A stretch of DNA of 53,936 nucleotides from an uncultured Methanosarcinales archaeon (lineage in GTDB: Archaea > Nanobdellota > Nanobdellia > Woesearchaeales > DSVV01): the NCBI GenBank assembly GCA_964556185.1, contig CAZKVI010000005.1, forward strand, positions 1-53,936, written 5' to 3'. Of the stretch, positions 41,818 to 50,533 are shown in pieces. The position numbers and the translations under genes were made by a program. The notes under the pieces are model-generated. The model saw nothing but the letters and a program-made list of their open reading frames with translations, searched no databases and was not told the DNA's origin. Each line of letters opens with the position of its first letter. Position 1 is the first letter of the stretch.

Positions 41818-43023
41818 ATGGCTGAAAAAATAAACAAACTCTTTGAATCATTTCTAAATAAGGATTCCTTATTTACAGAAAAAAAAGTTTTACAAGCAAC
41901 ATACACCCCAGATACAATCTTACATAGAGATCAGGAGATTACTAACCTAGCTAATATCTTGGCTCCTTCTTTGAGGTTAGAAAAACCATCTAATGTTTTT
42001 CTATATGGAAAAACAGGCACAGGAAAAACATTGATAGCCCAATACACAACCCAAGAAATACAAAAGGTCGCAAAACAAAGAGATATTCCTATTGATGTTA
42101 TTTATCTTAATTGTAAATTAAGTAGGGTGGCAGATACAGAATATAGGCTTATTGCACAACTTGCAAGAGAGCTTGGAAAAGAAATTCCCCCAACAGGCTT
42201 ACCGACAGACGAAGTCTATAAAATATTTTATCAAGCAATAGATGATAAACAAAGAGTATTGATTTTAATTTTAGATGAAATAGATCAATTAGTAAGAAAA
42301 GCAGGAGATGAAATCATCTATAATTTAACAAGAATAAACTCAGATTTAAAAAATTGTCAAGTTACTCTACTTGGAATTTCAAATGATCTTATTTTTACAG
42401 ATAATTTAGATCCAAGAGTTAAATCTTCTTTAAGTGAAGAAGAAGTTGTTTTTCCACCGTATAATGCATTACAGTTGCAGGAGATTTTAAGGAAGAGATC
42501 ACTTGGCGCATTTAAGGAGGGTGTATTAAAACAAGGGGTAATTGAGAAATGTGCAGCATATGCTGCTAGAGAACATGGAGATGCCAGGCGAGCCCTTGAG
42601 TTATTAAGAGTAGCAGGAGAAGTTGCTGAAAGGGTTGGAGGAGACCAAGTAAAAATAGAACACATTGATCAAGCAGAAGAGAAAATCGAAAGAGATAGGG
42701 TTTTAGATATTGTGAAAACCCAACCAAAACAACAACAAGTAGCGTTACATTCTATATTAACTCTTTACAAAGATAGAAAAGATATAATATTTACAGGAGA
42801 GGTGTATGATTTATACAAGAATTTTTGTTCTCAGATTGGTTTAAGGCCTTTAACACAGAGAAGGGTTTCTGATGTTATTGGGGAACTAGATATGTTGGGA
42901 ATAATTAATGCAAAAGTTGTTTCAAAAGGTAGGTTTGGTAGAACAAGAGAAATAACTGTTGCAATTCCTCCTGCAGTAAAACCAAAAATTTTGGCAATTC
43001 TTGAGCAAAGTTTGGGGTTATAG
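41818..43023 (+). CDS. cdc6: Orc1/Cdc6 replication initiator
   Basis: It has the AAA+ Walker A GKTGTGKT, Walker B LILDEIDQL and sensor motifs. The C-terminal winged helix is LTQRRVSDVIGELDMLGII. Confidence 0.95.
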   Translation: MAEKINKLFESFLNKDSLFTEKKVLQATYTPDTILHRDQEITNLANILAPSLRLEKPSNVFLYGKTGTGKTLIAQYTTQEIQKVAKQRDIPIDVIYLNCKLSRVADTEYRLIAQLARELGKEIPPTGLPTDEVYKIFYQAIDDKQRVLILILDEIDQLVRKAGDEIIYNLTRINSDLKNCQVTLLGISNDLIFTDNLDPRVKSSLSEEEVVFPPYNALQLQEILRKRSLGAFKEGVLKQGVIEKCAAYAAREHGDARRALELLRVAGEVAERVGGDQVKIEHIDQAEEKIERDRVLDIVKTQPKQQQVALHSILTLYKDRKDIIFTGEVYDLYKNFCSQIGLRPLTQRRVSDVIGELDMLGIINAKVVSKGRFGRTREITVAIPPAVKPKILAILEQSLGL

Positions 43024-43024
43024 T

Positions 43025-44545
43025 ATGCAAGTTTCTTTAGAAAAAAAGAAAATAGTAGAAGATTTTTTGGAAAAAGGGATATTATTAGAAGAAGAATTTC
43101 TAGATGAATTAGGAGATGATTTTGATATTGATACATTTTATAGCAAATTACTAGAAAAAGGAGTTTTGGAAAGCGAAGTTATAGTTAATAATGAGTTAAA
43201 ACATTCTGTCTTATCGTCTTCTTTTGTGGGAGAAGGAGAAGAGGGAGAAGAAGGACTTGGAAGCGATGTAGAGAGGAATGAAGGGGTTGAAATTATTTCT
43301 TCTTATGAAAAAGTATCAGAGAAAAAAGCAGTAAAGGATTTTGTTACTTATTTTCACAAACGTTTTGATGCAATTGAAGGAATTCTTAGAGGGAGGCAAG
43401 AGTTACAAAATGTAAGATCTATCTCAAGGCTTCTTCAACAAGGAAACGGAAAAGAACAAGCGGCAATAATTGGACTTGTTAAAGAAATTTCTAAAACAAA
43501 AAACATGAATTATGTTTTGAAAGTAGAAGATAAAACAGGAGAAATAAGTGTTTTAATAAATAAAAATAAACCAGATTTATACAAACAAGCAACAACAATT
43601 GTTCCTGATGAAGTAATTGGGGTTGTCGGAACAGGAAGTCAAAATATTATCTTTGCAAATAATGTGATTTGGCCAGATGTTCCTTTATACAAAGAATTAA
43701 AAAAATCACCAGACGACGAATTCGCACTTTTTTTATCAGATATTCATGTTGGGTCAAATAATTTTTTACAAGAGGAGTTTGAGCGTTTTTTAAGTTGGTT
43801 GAATTTAGAAATTGGCACTGATGAACATAAAGAAGTAGTAAAGAAAATAAAATATATTTTTATTATTGGTGATTTAGTAGATGGTGTTGGAATTTACCCC
43901 GGACAAGAAGAAGAATTAACAATAAATGAAATCACAGAGCAGTATGATGAAGTGGCGAGATTTCTTAAGAAAATACCTACACGCATTAAAATTATAATTT
44001 GTCCAGGCAATCACGATGCTATGAGATTAGCAGAACCACAACTTCCTATCTATAAAGAGTTTGCATCTAGGTTGTATGACATGCCAAATGTTCAAATGGT
44101 TAGCAACCCTTCAATTGTCAATATTGCAAAAAAAGAAACCTTTCCTGGATTTGATGTTTTATTGTACCATGGTTATAGTTTTGATCATTATATAGCAAAT
44201 GTAGATGAGATTAGAAATAATGGGGGGTATGATAGGGCAGATTTAGTTATGAAGTTTCTTTTACAGAGAAGACACCTTGCTCCAACACATGCATCTTCAC
44301 TTTATATTCCAGACACAGAAGAAGACCCAATGATTATTAAGAAAATACCAGATATATTTTGTACTGGACATATTCACAAATCTTCTGTTTCACATTATAG
44401 AAATATTACTCTAATTTCAGGAAGCTGTTGGCAAGCAAAAACAGCGTTCCAAGAAAAAGTAGGGCATAAACCAGAACCTTGTAGGGTTCCTTTAGTAAAT
44501 TTAAAGACAAGGGATGTTAAAATTTTGAAATTTGGCCAGAATTAA
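43025..44545 (+). CDS. DNA polymerase D small subunit (DP1)
   Basis: The calcineurin-like phosphoesterase motifs are FLSDIHVGS, IGDLVDGVG, PGNHD and TGHIH. An OB region lies N-terminal to them. ATG 43025 follows the cdc6 stop by 1 nt. The ORF track start at TTG 43001 was rejected. Confidence 0.9.
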   Translation: MQVSLEKKKIVEDFLEKGILLEEEFLDELGDDFDIDTFYSKLLEKGVLESEVIVNNELKHSVLSSSFVGEGEEGEEGLGSDVERNEGVEIISSYEKVSEKKAVKDFVTYFHKRFDAIEGILRGRQELQNVRSISRLLQQGNGKEQAAIIGLVKEISKTKNMNYVLKVEDKTGEISVLINKNKPDLYKQATTIVPDEVIGVVGTGSQNIIFANNVIWPDVPLYKELKKSPDDEFALFLSDIHVGSNNFLQEEFERFLSWLNLEIGTDEHKEVVKKIKYIFIIGDLVDGVGIYPGQEEELTINEITEQYDEVARFLKKIPTRIKIIICPGNHDAMRLAEPQLPIYKEFASRLYDMPNVQMVSNPSIVNIAKKETFPGFDVLLYHGYSFDHYIANVDEIRNNGGYDRADLVMKFLLQRRHLAPTHASSLYIPDTEEDPMIIKKIPDIFCTGHIHKSSVSHYRNITLISGSCWQAKTAFQEKVGHKPEPCRVPLVNLKTRDVKILKFGQN

Positions 44546-44555
44546 GAACTGATGA

Positions 44556-47500
44556 ATGAAGAAGAGAGGAAGAAAAAAAATGACAGCATCAAGTCCAAGA
44601 ATGACAGCGTATTTTGAACAAATCGGAGATTCAGTTAAAGCGTGCTATAAAGTAGGAAATAAAGCAAGATCACTAGGATTTGATCCAGAGGATAAAGTAG
44701 ATATAAAATTAGCAAGAAATATGGCAGAGAGAGTAGAGGGATTAATTGGAGTAGTTGCTCCACAATTAATGGGTTCAGGTATGCAAGAAAGAATAATTGA
44801 ACTTGAAGAAGAATATTCTCCATTGGATTGGAGAGTCGCATTAAAAATTGCAGTTGAAGTAGCAGAAGAAAAGTTTTGTGTTTTTCCAGATAAAAAAACA
44901 GCATATGAGATGGGAATAAGAACAGGATTTGCGTATAGTACAGGAGGAATAGTTTCTGCACCTCTTGAGGGATTTATTGAATTAAGAATTAAAAAAACAA
45001 TGTCTGGCAAGGAGTATTTTGCACCAACTTATGCTGGTCCAATTAGGGGAGCAGGAGGTACAGCGGCAGCACTTTCTTTACTTATTACAGATTATGTACG
45101 AGTTAAAATGGGGTTTTCAAAATATGATCCAAATGAGGAGGAGATTGCAAGATATAAAACAGAAATTTATGATTATCATGAACGAATTACAAATTTGCAG
45201 TATCTGCCCTCTACAGACGAACTTGATTTTTTATTACATCATCTCCCAATTGAGATTGATGGAGAACCAACTGAGAAAATGGAAGTATCTAATCATAAAG
45301 ATCTGCCAAGAGTAGTCACTAATAGGATTAGGGGAGGAATTTGTCTTGTTTTAGCAGAAGGATTAAGTCAGAAAGCCCCAAAATTATGGAAACGTCTAGA
45401 AAAATGGGGAGAGGAGTTTGATTTGGAGTGGGAATTTTTAGGGGAATTTTTAAAATTGCAAAAACAAATTAAGGCAAAGACAAAAACAGAGTCAGAAAAA
45501 GGGAAACTGGCCCCAAATTATACATTTATTAAAGATTTAGTTGCAGGAAGGCCTGTTTTAACACACCCAATGGCTGCAGGAGGATTTAGATTAAGATACG
45601 GCAGAACAAGAATGAGTGGGTTTTCTGCAGCAGCAATAAATCCTGCCACAATGGTGTTGTTGAAAGGGTATGTTGCTACAGGAACACAACTTAAGGTTGA
45701 GCGTCCAGGGAAAGCAGCAGCAATAACTCCTTGTGAAAATATTCATGGCCCAATTGTTTTATTAAATAATGGTGCAGTTATAAAAATAGAGTCAGTTGAA
45801 GAAGCACATAAATATCTACCTGAAGTTAAAGAAATTCTTTTTTTAGGAGATATTGTTTTTAATTATGGTGATTTTAGTGAAAATGGACACATGTTAATTC
45901 CTTGCGGGTATAATGAAGAGTGGTGGTCGCTCCATGTTAAAAAAGCATTAACAGAAAAGTTTGGACACCATGAAATTAAAGAGAATATTAAAGATTTTGG
46001 TTTGGATGCAGAAAAGGAAGAGGAATTAATGCAAGTTTTTGATAATGTTTTTGTTTCAAAACCAAGTTTTTCTTTATGTGGGCAGCTTTCATCTAAGTTG
46101 GATGTTCCTTTACATCCTAGGTTTACTTATTATTGGAAATTAATTTCTGGCAAAGATCTGCTTAGGTTTTTCTCTTGGTTAGAAAAGATGAAGCTTGATA
46201 AAGATGAATCTGGTTTGGTTAGAAAAGTAATTCTTCCGAACTCTCCTGAAAAGAGGATACTGGAGTTAGTTGGGTTGCCCCATGTTATGCCGACAAAGGA
46301 GAATGTAGTTATTGAGAAAGAACATGCACAATCACTTCTTTTTTGTCTTAATTTAAAATCATATGAAGAAGTCCCTGGTGCGCTTTCTTTGATTGATGAT
46401 ACTGTAGATGCATTAGAAAATATCCAGAAAATTTCTCCTGTTAAAATTATGGATGTAGCAGGCACTTTTATTGGAGCAAGAATGGGAAGACCAGAAAAAG
46501 CAAAAATGAGAAAATTAACAGGTAGCCCCCAAGTTTTATTTCCAGTTGGAGAAGAAGGCGGAAGAATGCGTTCTTTTCAAGCAGCACTCGAATGTGGTAA
46601 AATAACTGCGGACTTTCCTTTGTATTGTTGTCCTTCTTGTAAAAAAGAACTTGTGCTTGCAGTTTGTCCAACTTGTAATGTTCGATCTGAAAAATTATAT
46701 TTTTGTCAATGTGGAAAATCAACAGAGAAGCAATGTGATCTTCATGGAGAAAAGAGCACATATAGCAAAATGTCAATTTCTGTTTCAGAACATTTTTATC
46801 CTGTTTTAAAGAAGTTGAGGATGACAGCTTATCCTGATTTAATAAAAGGAGTAAGGGGAACATCTAATAAAGATCATTTTCCAGAAAACTTAGCAAAAGG
46901 AATCCTTAGAGCAAAACATGAAGTTTATGTAAATAAAGACGGAACAATTAGGTTTGATATGAGCGAAATTCCTTTAACACATTTTACACCAAAAGAGATC
47001 GGTACAGATATTGAGAAGTTGAAAGAACTAGGATATGTTGAAGATATTAATGGAGAGGAGTTAGTGGATTCTGAACAAGTAGTGGAAATAATGCCACAAG
47101 ATGTAGTGCTTCCTTGTTCTACAGATGCTCTAGACCCACAAGCAGATATTGTTTTAACTAATGTTGCAAATTTTGTAGATGAACTCTTGATTAAATTATA
47201 TGGGCAAGAAGCATTTTATAACCTTAAAACTCCTAAAGATCTTGTTGGTCAACTTGTGTTAGGGCTGGCCCCACATATCTCTGCAGGCATGGTGGGTAGA
47301 ATAATTGGATTTTCTCATACTCAAGGACTATTAACGCACCCAATGTTTCATGCAGCTTTACGTAGGGACTGTGATGGAGACGAGGCATCTGTTTCATTAT
47401 TGATGGATGCAGTATTGAACTTTTCTAGTCAGTATTTACCAGACACAAGAGGAGCAAAAACAATGGATGCACCACTTGTTTTAACTTATTATCTAAATCC

Positions 47501-48122
47501 TAATGAAATAGATGATCAGGCACATGGTTTAGATACTGTTTGGGAATATCCTTTAGAACTATATGAATCTGCTTTAGAATTTAAACAACCATGGGATGTA
47601 AAAGTAGAACAAATAAAAGACAGATTAGGTAAAGAAAATCAATATGAAAAGATGGGATATACTATTCCAGTTAGTAGTGTTAATTCAGGGGGAGTTTGTT
47701 CTTCATATAAGGCCCTGCCTTCTATGGAAGAGAAATTAAAAGGGCAGATGGAAATTGCAGAAAAAGTAAGGGCAGTTAGTTCAGGAGACGTTGCAAGGCT
47801 TGTTATTGAAAAACATTTTATAAAAGACACAAAAGGAAATCTACGAAAGTTTTCTCAACAACAATTTAGGTGCGTTAAATGTAATGCAAAATATCGCCGA
47901 CCACCTTTAATTGGAAAATGTACAAAATGTAGTGGTAAAATTATTTTTACAATTTCAGAAGGGTCTGTAATCAAATATTTACAACCAAGTATTAGTTTAG
48001 CAGAGAAATATGATGTTCCACCTTATTTAAAACAATCATTGCACTTGTTACAACTGAGAGTAGAGAGTGTTTTTGGTAGAGAGAAAGAAAAGCAAACAGG
48101 ATTAGGGAGTTGGTTTGGGTAA
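44556..48122 (+). CDS. DNA polymerase D large subunit (DP2)
   Basis: It is ~1190 aa with DP2 landmarks: GRPVLTHPMAAGGFRLRYGRTR, GARMGRPEKA, LRRDCDGDE and a C-terminal Zn finger CVKCNAKYRRPP..GKCTKCSG. No intein-sized insertion is present. ATG 44580 is an alternative start. Confidence 0.95.
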   Translation: MKKRGRKKMTASSPRMTAYFEQIGDSVKACYKVGNKARSLGFDPEDKVDIKLARNMAERVEGLIGVVAPQLMGSGMQERIIELEEEYSPLDWRVALKIAVEVAEEKFCVFPDKKTAYEMGIRTGFAYSTGGIVSAPLEGFIELRIKKTMSGKEYFAPTYAGPIRGAGGTAAALSLLITDYVRVKMGFSKYDPNEEEIARYKTEIYDYHERITNLQYLPSTDELDFLLHHLPIEIDGEPTEKMEVSNHKDLPRVVTNRIRGGICLVLAEGLSQKAPKLWKRLEKWGEEFDLEWEFLGEFLKLQKQIKAKTKTESEKGKLAPNYTFIKDLVAGRPVLTHPMAAGGFRLRYGRTRMSGFSAAAINPATMVLLKGYVATGTQLKVERPGKAAAITPCENIHGPIVLLNNGAVIKIESVEEAHKYLPEVKEILFLGDIVFNYGDFSENGHMLIPCGYNEEWWSLHVKKALTEKFGHHEIKENIKDFGLDAEKEEELMQVFDNVFVSKPSFSLCGQLSSKLDVPLHPRFTYYWKLISGKDLLRFFSWLEKMKLDKDESGLVRKVILPNSPEKRILELVGLPHVMPTKENVVIEKEHAQSLLFCLNLKSYEEVPGALSLIDDTVDALENIQKISPVKIMDVAGTFIGARMGRPEKAKMRKLTGSPQVLFPVGEEGGRMRSFQAALECGKITADFPLYCCPSCKKELVLAVCPTCNVRSEKLYFCQCGKSTEKQCDLHGEKSTYSKMSISVSEHFYPVLKKLRMTAYPDLIKGVRGTSNKDHFPENLAKGILRAKHEVYVNKDGTIRFDMSEIPLTHFTPKEIGTDIEKLKELGYVEDINGEELVDSEQVVEIMPQDVVLPCSTDALDPQADIVLTNVANFVDELLIKLYGQEAFYNLKTPKDLVGQLVLGLAPHISAGMVGRIIGFSHTQGLLTHPMFHAALRRDCDGDEASVSLLMDAVLNFSSQYLPDTRGAKTMDAPLVLTYYLNPNEIDDQAHGLDTVWEYPLELYESALEFKQPWDVKVEQIKDRLGKENQYEKMGYTIPVSSVNSGGVCSSYKALPSMEEKLKGQMEIAEKVRAVSSGDVARLVIEKHFIKDTKGNLRKFSQQQFRCVKCNAKYRRPPLIGKCTKCSGKIIFTISEGSVIKYLQPSISLAEKYDVPPYLKQSLHLLQLRVESVFGREKEKQTGLGSWFG

Positions 48123-48127
48123 TTGTG

Positions 48128-48421
48128 TTATTCTTTAATTATTTCAGAATGAGGGATTCCTTGAACTACCAGTATGTTGTTTTCTGTGAGTAACTTAAGA
48201 TCTTTTAGTAGATTAATTGTTTCTTCACCTATTGCATGGATGATGTTGGCTTTTTTTATTTCTGCAACAGTTTCTTCTTTGTTCTTCTCCTCTCCTTTGT
48301 AGAATTCAGAAGTTAAATCAAGAATTTTATTATCTTCTTCAAATGTTTTGTTTAGTAAGTTTGAATCACAAATAGCTAGAACAATTCTTCCATCCTTTGT
48401 TAGGTGTTCTTTTACAATCAT
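48128..48421 (-). CDS. Small conserved archaeal protein (DUF424-like)
   Basis: It is 97 aa and begins MIVKEH...GRIVLAICDSNLL...FYKGEE. It sits next to aIF2-beta, as is often seen. The assignment is tentative. Confidence 0.45.
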   Translation of the reverse strand: MIVKEHLTKDGRIVLAICDSNLLNKTFEEDNKILDLTSEFYKGEEKNKEETVAEIKKANIIHAIGEETINLLKDLKLLTENNILVVQGIPHSEIIKE

Positions 48422-48444
48422 TTTGTTTACTTCATTAAGTATGA

Positions 48445-48855
48445 TTAAAATTTAGCTTTTACGCTTTGCTTTGCTCCACAAGCAAGACATTTTATGAATA
48501 AGAATCCAGCTTCTTTGCTAAGTTTAGTGTCTGGTTTTCCACATTCTTTACATAATACAAAAGTTTCAACATATTTCTCTATTTTTTCATTAATTCTAGA
48601 TGCAGGAACCTTGCTCCCTATAATGACTCCTTGTTTTTTCAGTTCTCCAGGAGTAGCTAATTCTTTTAGAATGAATTTTAGTAAATGTTCAGGAGTTCTT
48701 CTTAATGTTGCGGCAATTTGATAAAAATTACTTATGATTGTTCTATTTCCTTGGATGTGCCCCATAACTTTTGGAACTTCAAATCTTTCTTGCTTTTTCC
48801 CTGCTTCTGGTAGGGATTTATATGCACTATCCAGCATTTTTTCGTAATCTTCCAT
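48445..48855 (-). CDS. Translation initiation factor aIF2 beta subunit
   Basis: It has YE.MLD.AY..LP, GNRT.I.NF..IA..L.R.P.HL.KF...ELAT.G and the C4 zinc ribbon CKECGKPDT...CLACGA. Confidence 0.9.
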   Translation of the reverse strand: MEDYEKMLDSAYKSLPEAGKKQERFEVPKVMGHIQGNRTIISNFYQIAATLRRTPEHLLKFILKELATPGELKKQGVIIGSKVPASRINEKIEKYVETFVLCKECGKPDTKLSKEAGFLFIKCLACGAKQSVKAKF

Positions 48856-48952
48856 TTTTTCAAGAAAAGGAGGTTTATTTATAAATGTTACCTAAGGTAT
48901 TGGTTTGGGACAATTAAAAAAATTTAAATAGCCAGGTGTGCAAAATTTAAAT

Positions 48953-49819
48953 ATGGTTTTAGAAGCAATACTTAATCCAGTTGAAGCTGAGAAGCGGCCC
49001 TGGCAAATGTTTTTCTTAGGAATGCTGTTTTCTATTATTGGGATTTTCTTCTCTTTTATTATTTTTAGGGATCAAGCCTCTTTAGTAGCAGTATTTTTAA
49101 TTGTTTTATCTAGTATACCTATTATTTACAATACAATCAAGCTCGAGGAGTTAAAAGACGAGAAGACAAGATTATCTGAGAAAGGATTGTTAAGGGAGCA
49201 TGCTAAAGCACTTTCTGTGTTTATGTTTTTGTTTTTTGGAATTATGGTCTCTTTTGCTCTAGCTTATGTTTTTTTGCCTTTGGAGTTTGTAAATTCTTTG
49301 TTTTCATTACAAACAACCACAATAGAACAAATTAATAGTAATGTTGTTGGAAACTTTTTCTTAGAAGGAACATTAAGTTTTGATATGTTTATTGCTGTTT
49401 TTTTGAATAACTTGTGGGTTATGTCATTATGTGTTTTATTTGCATTTTTATATGGTGTTGGTGCGATTTTTATTTTAACATGGAATGCAACTGTTATTGG
49501 GGTTGCTATTGGTAGTTTTGTAAGGACCAATCTTGCAGAAGTAATGGCATCTATTGGGTTTATTAGTGCAGGCCAGTATTTTGGTATATTTTCGCTTGGG
49601 TTGCTTCGTTATTTAATTCATGGGGTTTTTGAAATATTGGCATATTTTGTTGCCGGATTAGCTGGAGGGATAATTTCAATTTCAATAATTCGACATGCTA
49701 TTGAAAAGCATAGGTTTAAAAGAGTTTTAATAGATGCTTCTGGTTTATTGTTGATAGCAGTAACTTTATTAGTGTTTGCAGCATTTATAGAAATATTCAT
49801 TAATCCTATTTTATTCTAG
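48953..49819 (+). CDS. Stage II sporulation protein M-like (DUF95) polytopic membrane protein
   Basis: It has about six TM helices and a NNLWV...F..G.......WN motif region. The ORF track start at GTG 48938 was replaced by ATG 48953. Confidence 0.5.
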   Translation: MVLEAILNPVEAEKRPWQMFFLGMLFSIIGIFFSFIIFRDQASLVAVFLIVLSSIPIIYNTIKLEELKDEKTRLSEKGLLREHAKALSVFMFLFFGIMVSFALAYVFLPLEFVNSLFSLQTTTIEQINSNVVGNFFLEGTLSFDMFIAVFLNNLWVMSLCVLFAFLYGVGAIFILTWNATVIGVAIGSFVRTNLAEVMASIGFISAGQYFGIFSLGLLRYLIHGVFEILAYFVAGLAGGIISISIIRHAIEKHRFKRVLIDASGLLLIAVTLLVFAAFIEIFINPILF

Positions 49820-50533
49820 AACTTTAACTCTTCCTGGTTTTATTTCAAAGATTTCTCCTTGTTCAAGAAGACTTTTAACTTGTTTTTCACTATTTTTTGA
49901 ATGTTGAGCAAGATCTTCAATAAATACTCCTTCTCCTTTGTCAAGTTTTCTTATTGTTTCGATAATATCTTCTTCGTTTTCTTGCGATTGAGTATTTTCT
50001 GTTGGGGTATTTAGGGGAGGGGTTTCTGTGTTAGATATTTCAATAACTTCTGTTTCCTCTGCAAATTCTTCTTGAGGTGTTGAGGTGTTTATTGTTGTTT
50101 TTGGTTGAGGCATTTTAGAAAGTAACACTTTTCTATGTTCTACCCATTCTGGATTTTGTATTTTTTTCATAATCTCTGGAACAAGATACATTTCAGAACC
50201 AAATTCTCTTGGTCTCCCTATTAATATGACGAGGTCACCTATTTGTATATTTTGAAAGAGTTCTTTGTCAAAGATTCTAGCAGATATTTTTGCAGTACCG
50301 TCGTCGACAATGAAAGATTTAAATGTTGGGTCTTCTGTAATTGATACAACTGCTGCAATAATGTTAATTCTAGATACATTTCTACCGTCTTGGAGAATTA
50401 CATAATTTGGTTCAAACTCCCCTGGACTTTTTTCATATTTGCCATTTTGTAGGCTTTCAGCTGTTACAACATATGCTGTTTGTCTTTCTCTAAATTTTGC
50501 TGATGAATCCACGTTTTGGTTCAAATAAATCAC
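49811..50533 (-). CDS. RPA32-like single-stranded-DNA-binding protein (OB fold plus C-terminal winged helix)
   Basis: The OB-like core is INIIAAVVSI...FIVDDGTAKISARIF...IQIGDLVILIGRPREF. An acidic linker follows, then the wH-like IIETIRKLDKGEGVFIEDLAQHS...VKSLLEQGEIFEIKPGRVKVL. Its 5' end overlaps the mcm 3' end by 44 nt. Confidence 0.6.
   Translation of the reverse strand: MIYLNQNVDSSAKFRERQTAYVVTAESLQNGKYEKSPGEFEPNYVILQDGRNVSRINIIAAVVSITEDPTFKSFIVDDGTAKISARIFDKELFQNIQIGDLVILIGRPREFGSEMYLVPEIMKKIQNPEWVEHRKVLLSKMPQPKTTINTSTPQEEFAEETEVIEISNTETPPLNTPTENTQSQENEEDIIETIRKLDKGEGVFIEDLAQHSKNSEKQVKSLLEQGEIFEIKPGRVKVLE

Noticed and set aside
44556-48122. A possible intein in the PolD large subunit, because mcm carries one.
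   Set aside because: The length (~1190 aa) is normal for DP2. Conserved segments run continuously, and no HN/Cys-Ser-Thr splice junction pair or LAGLIDADG block was seen.
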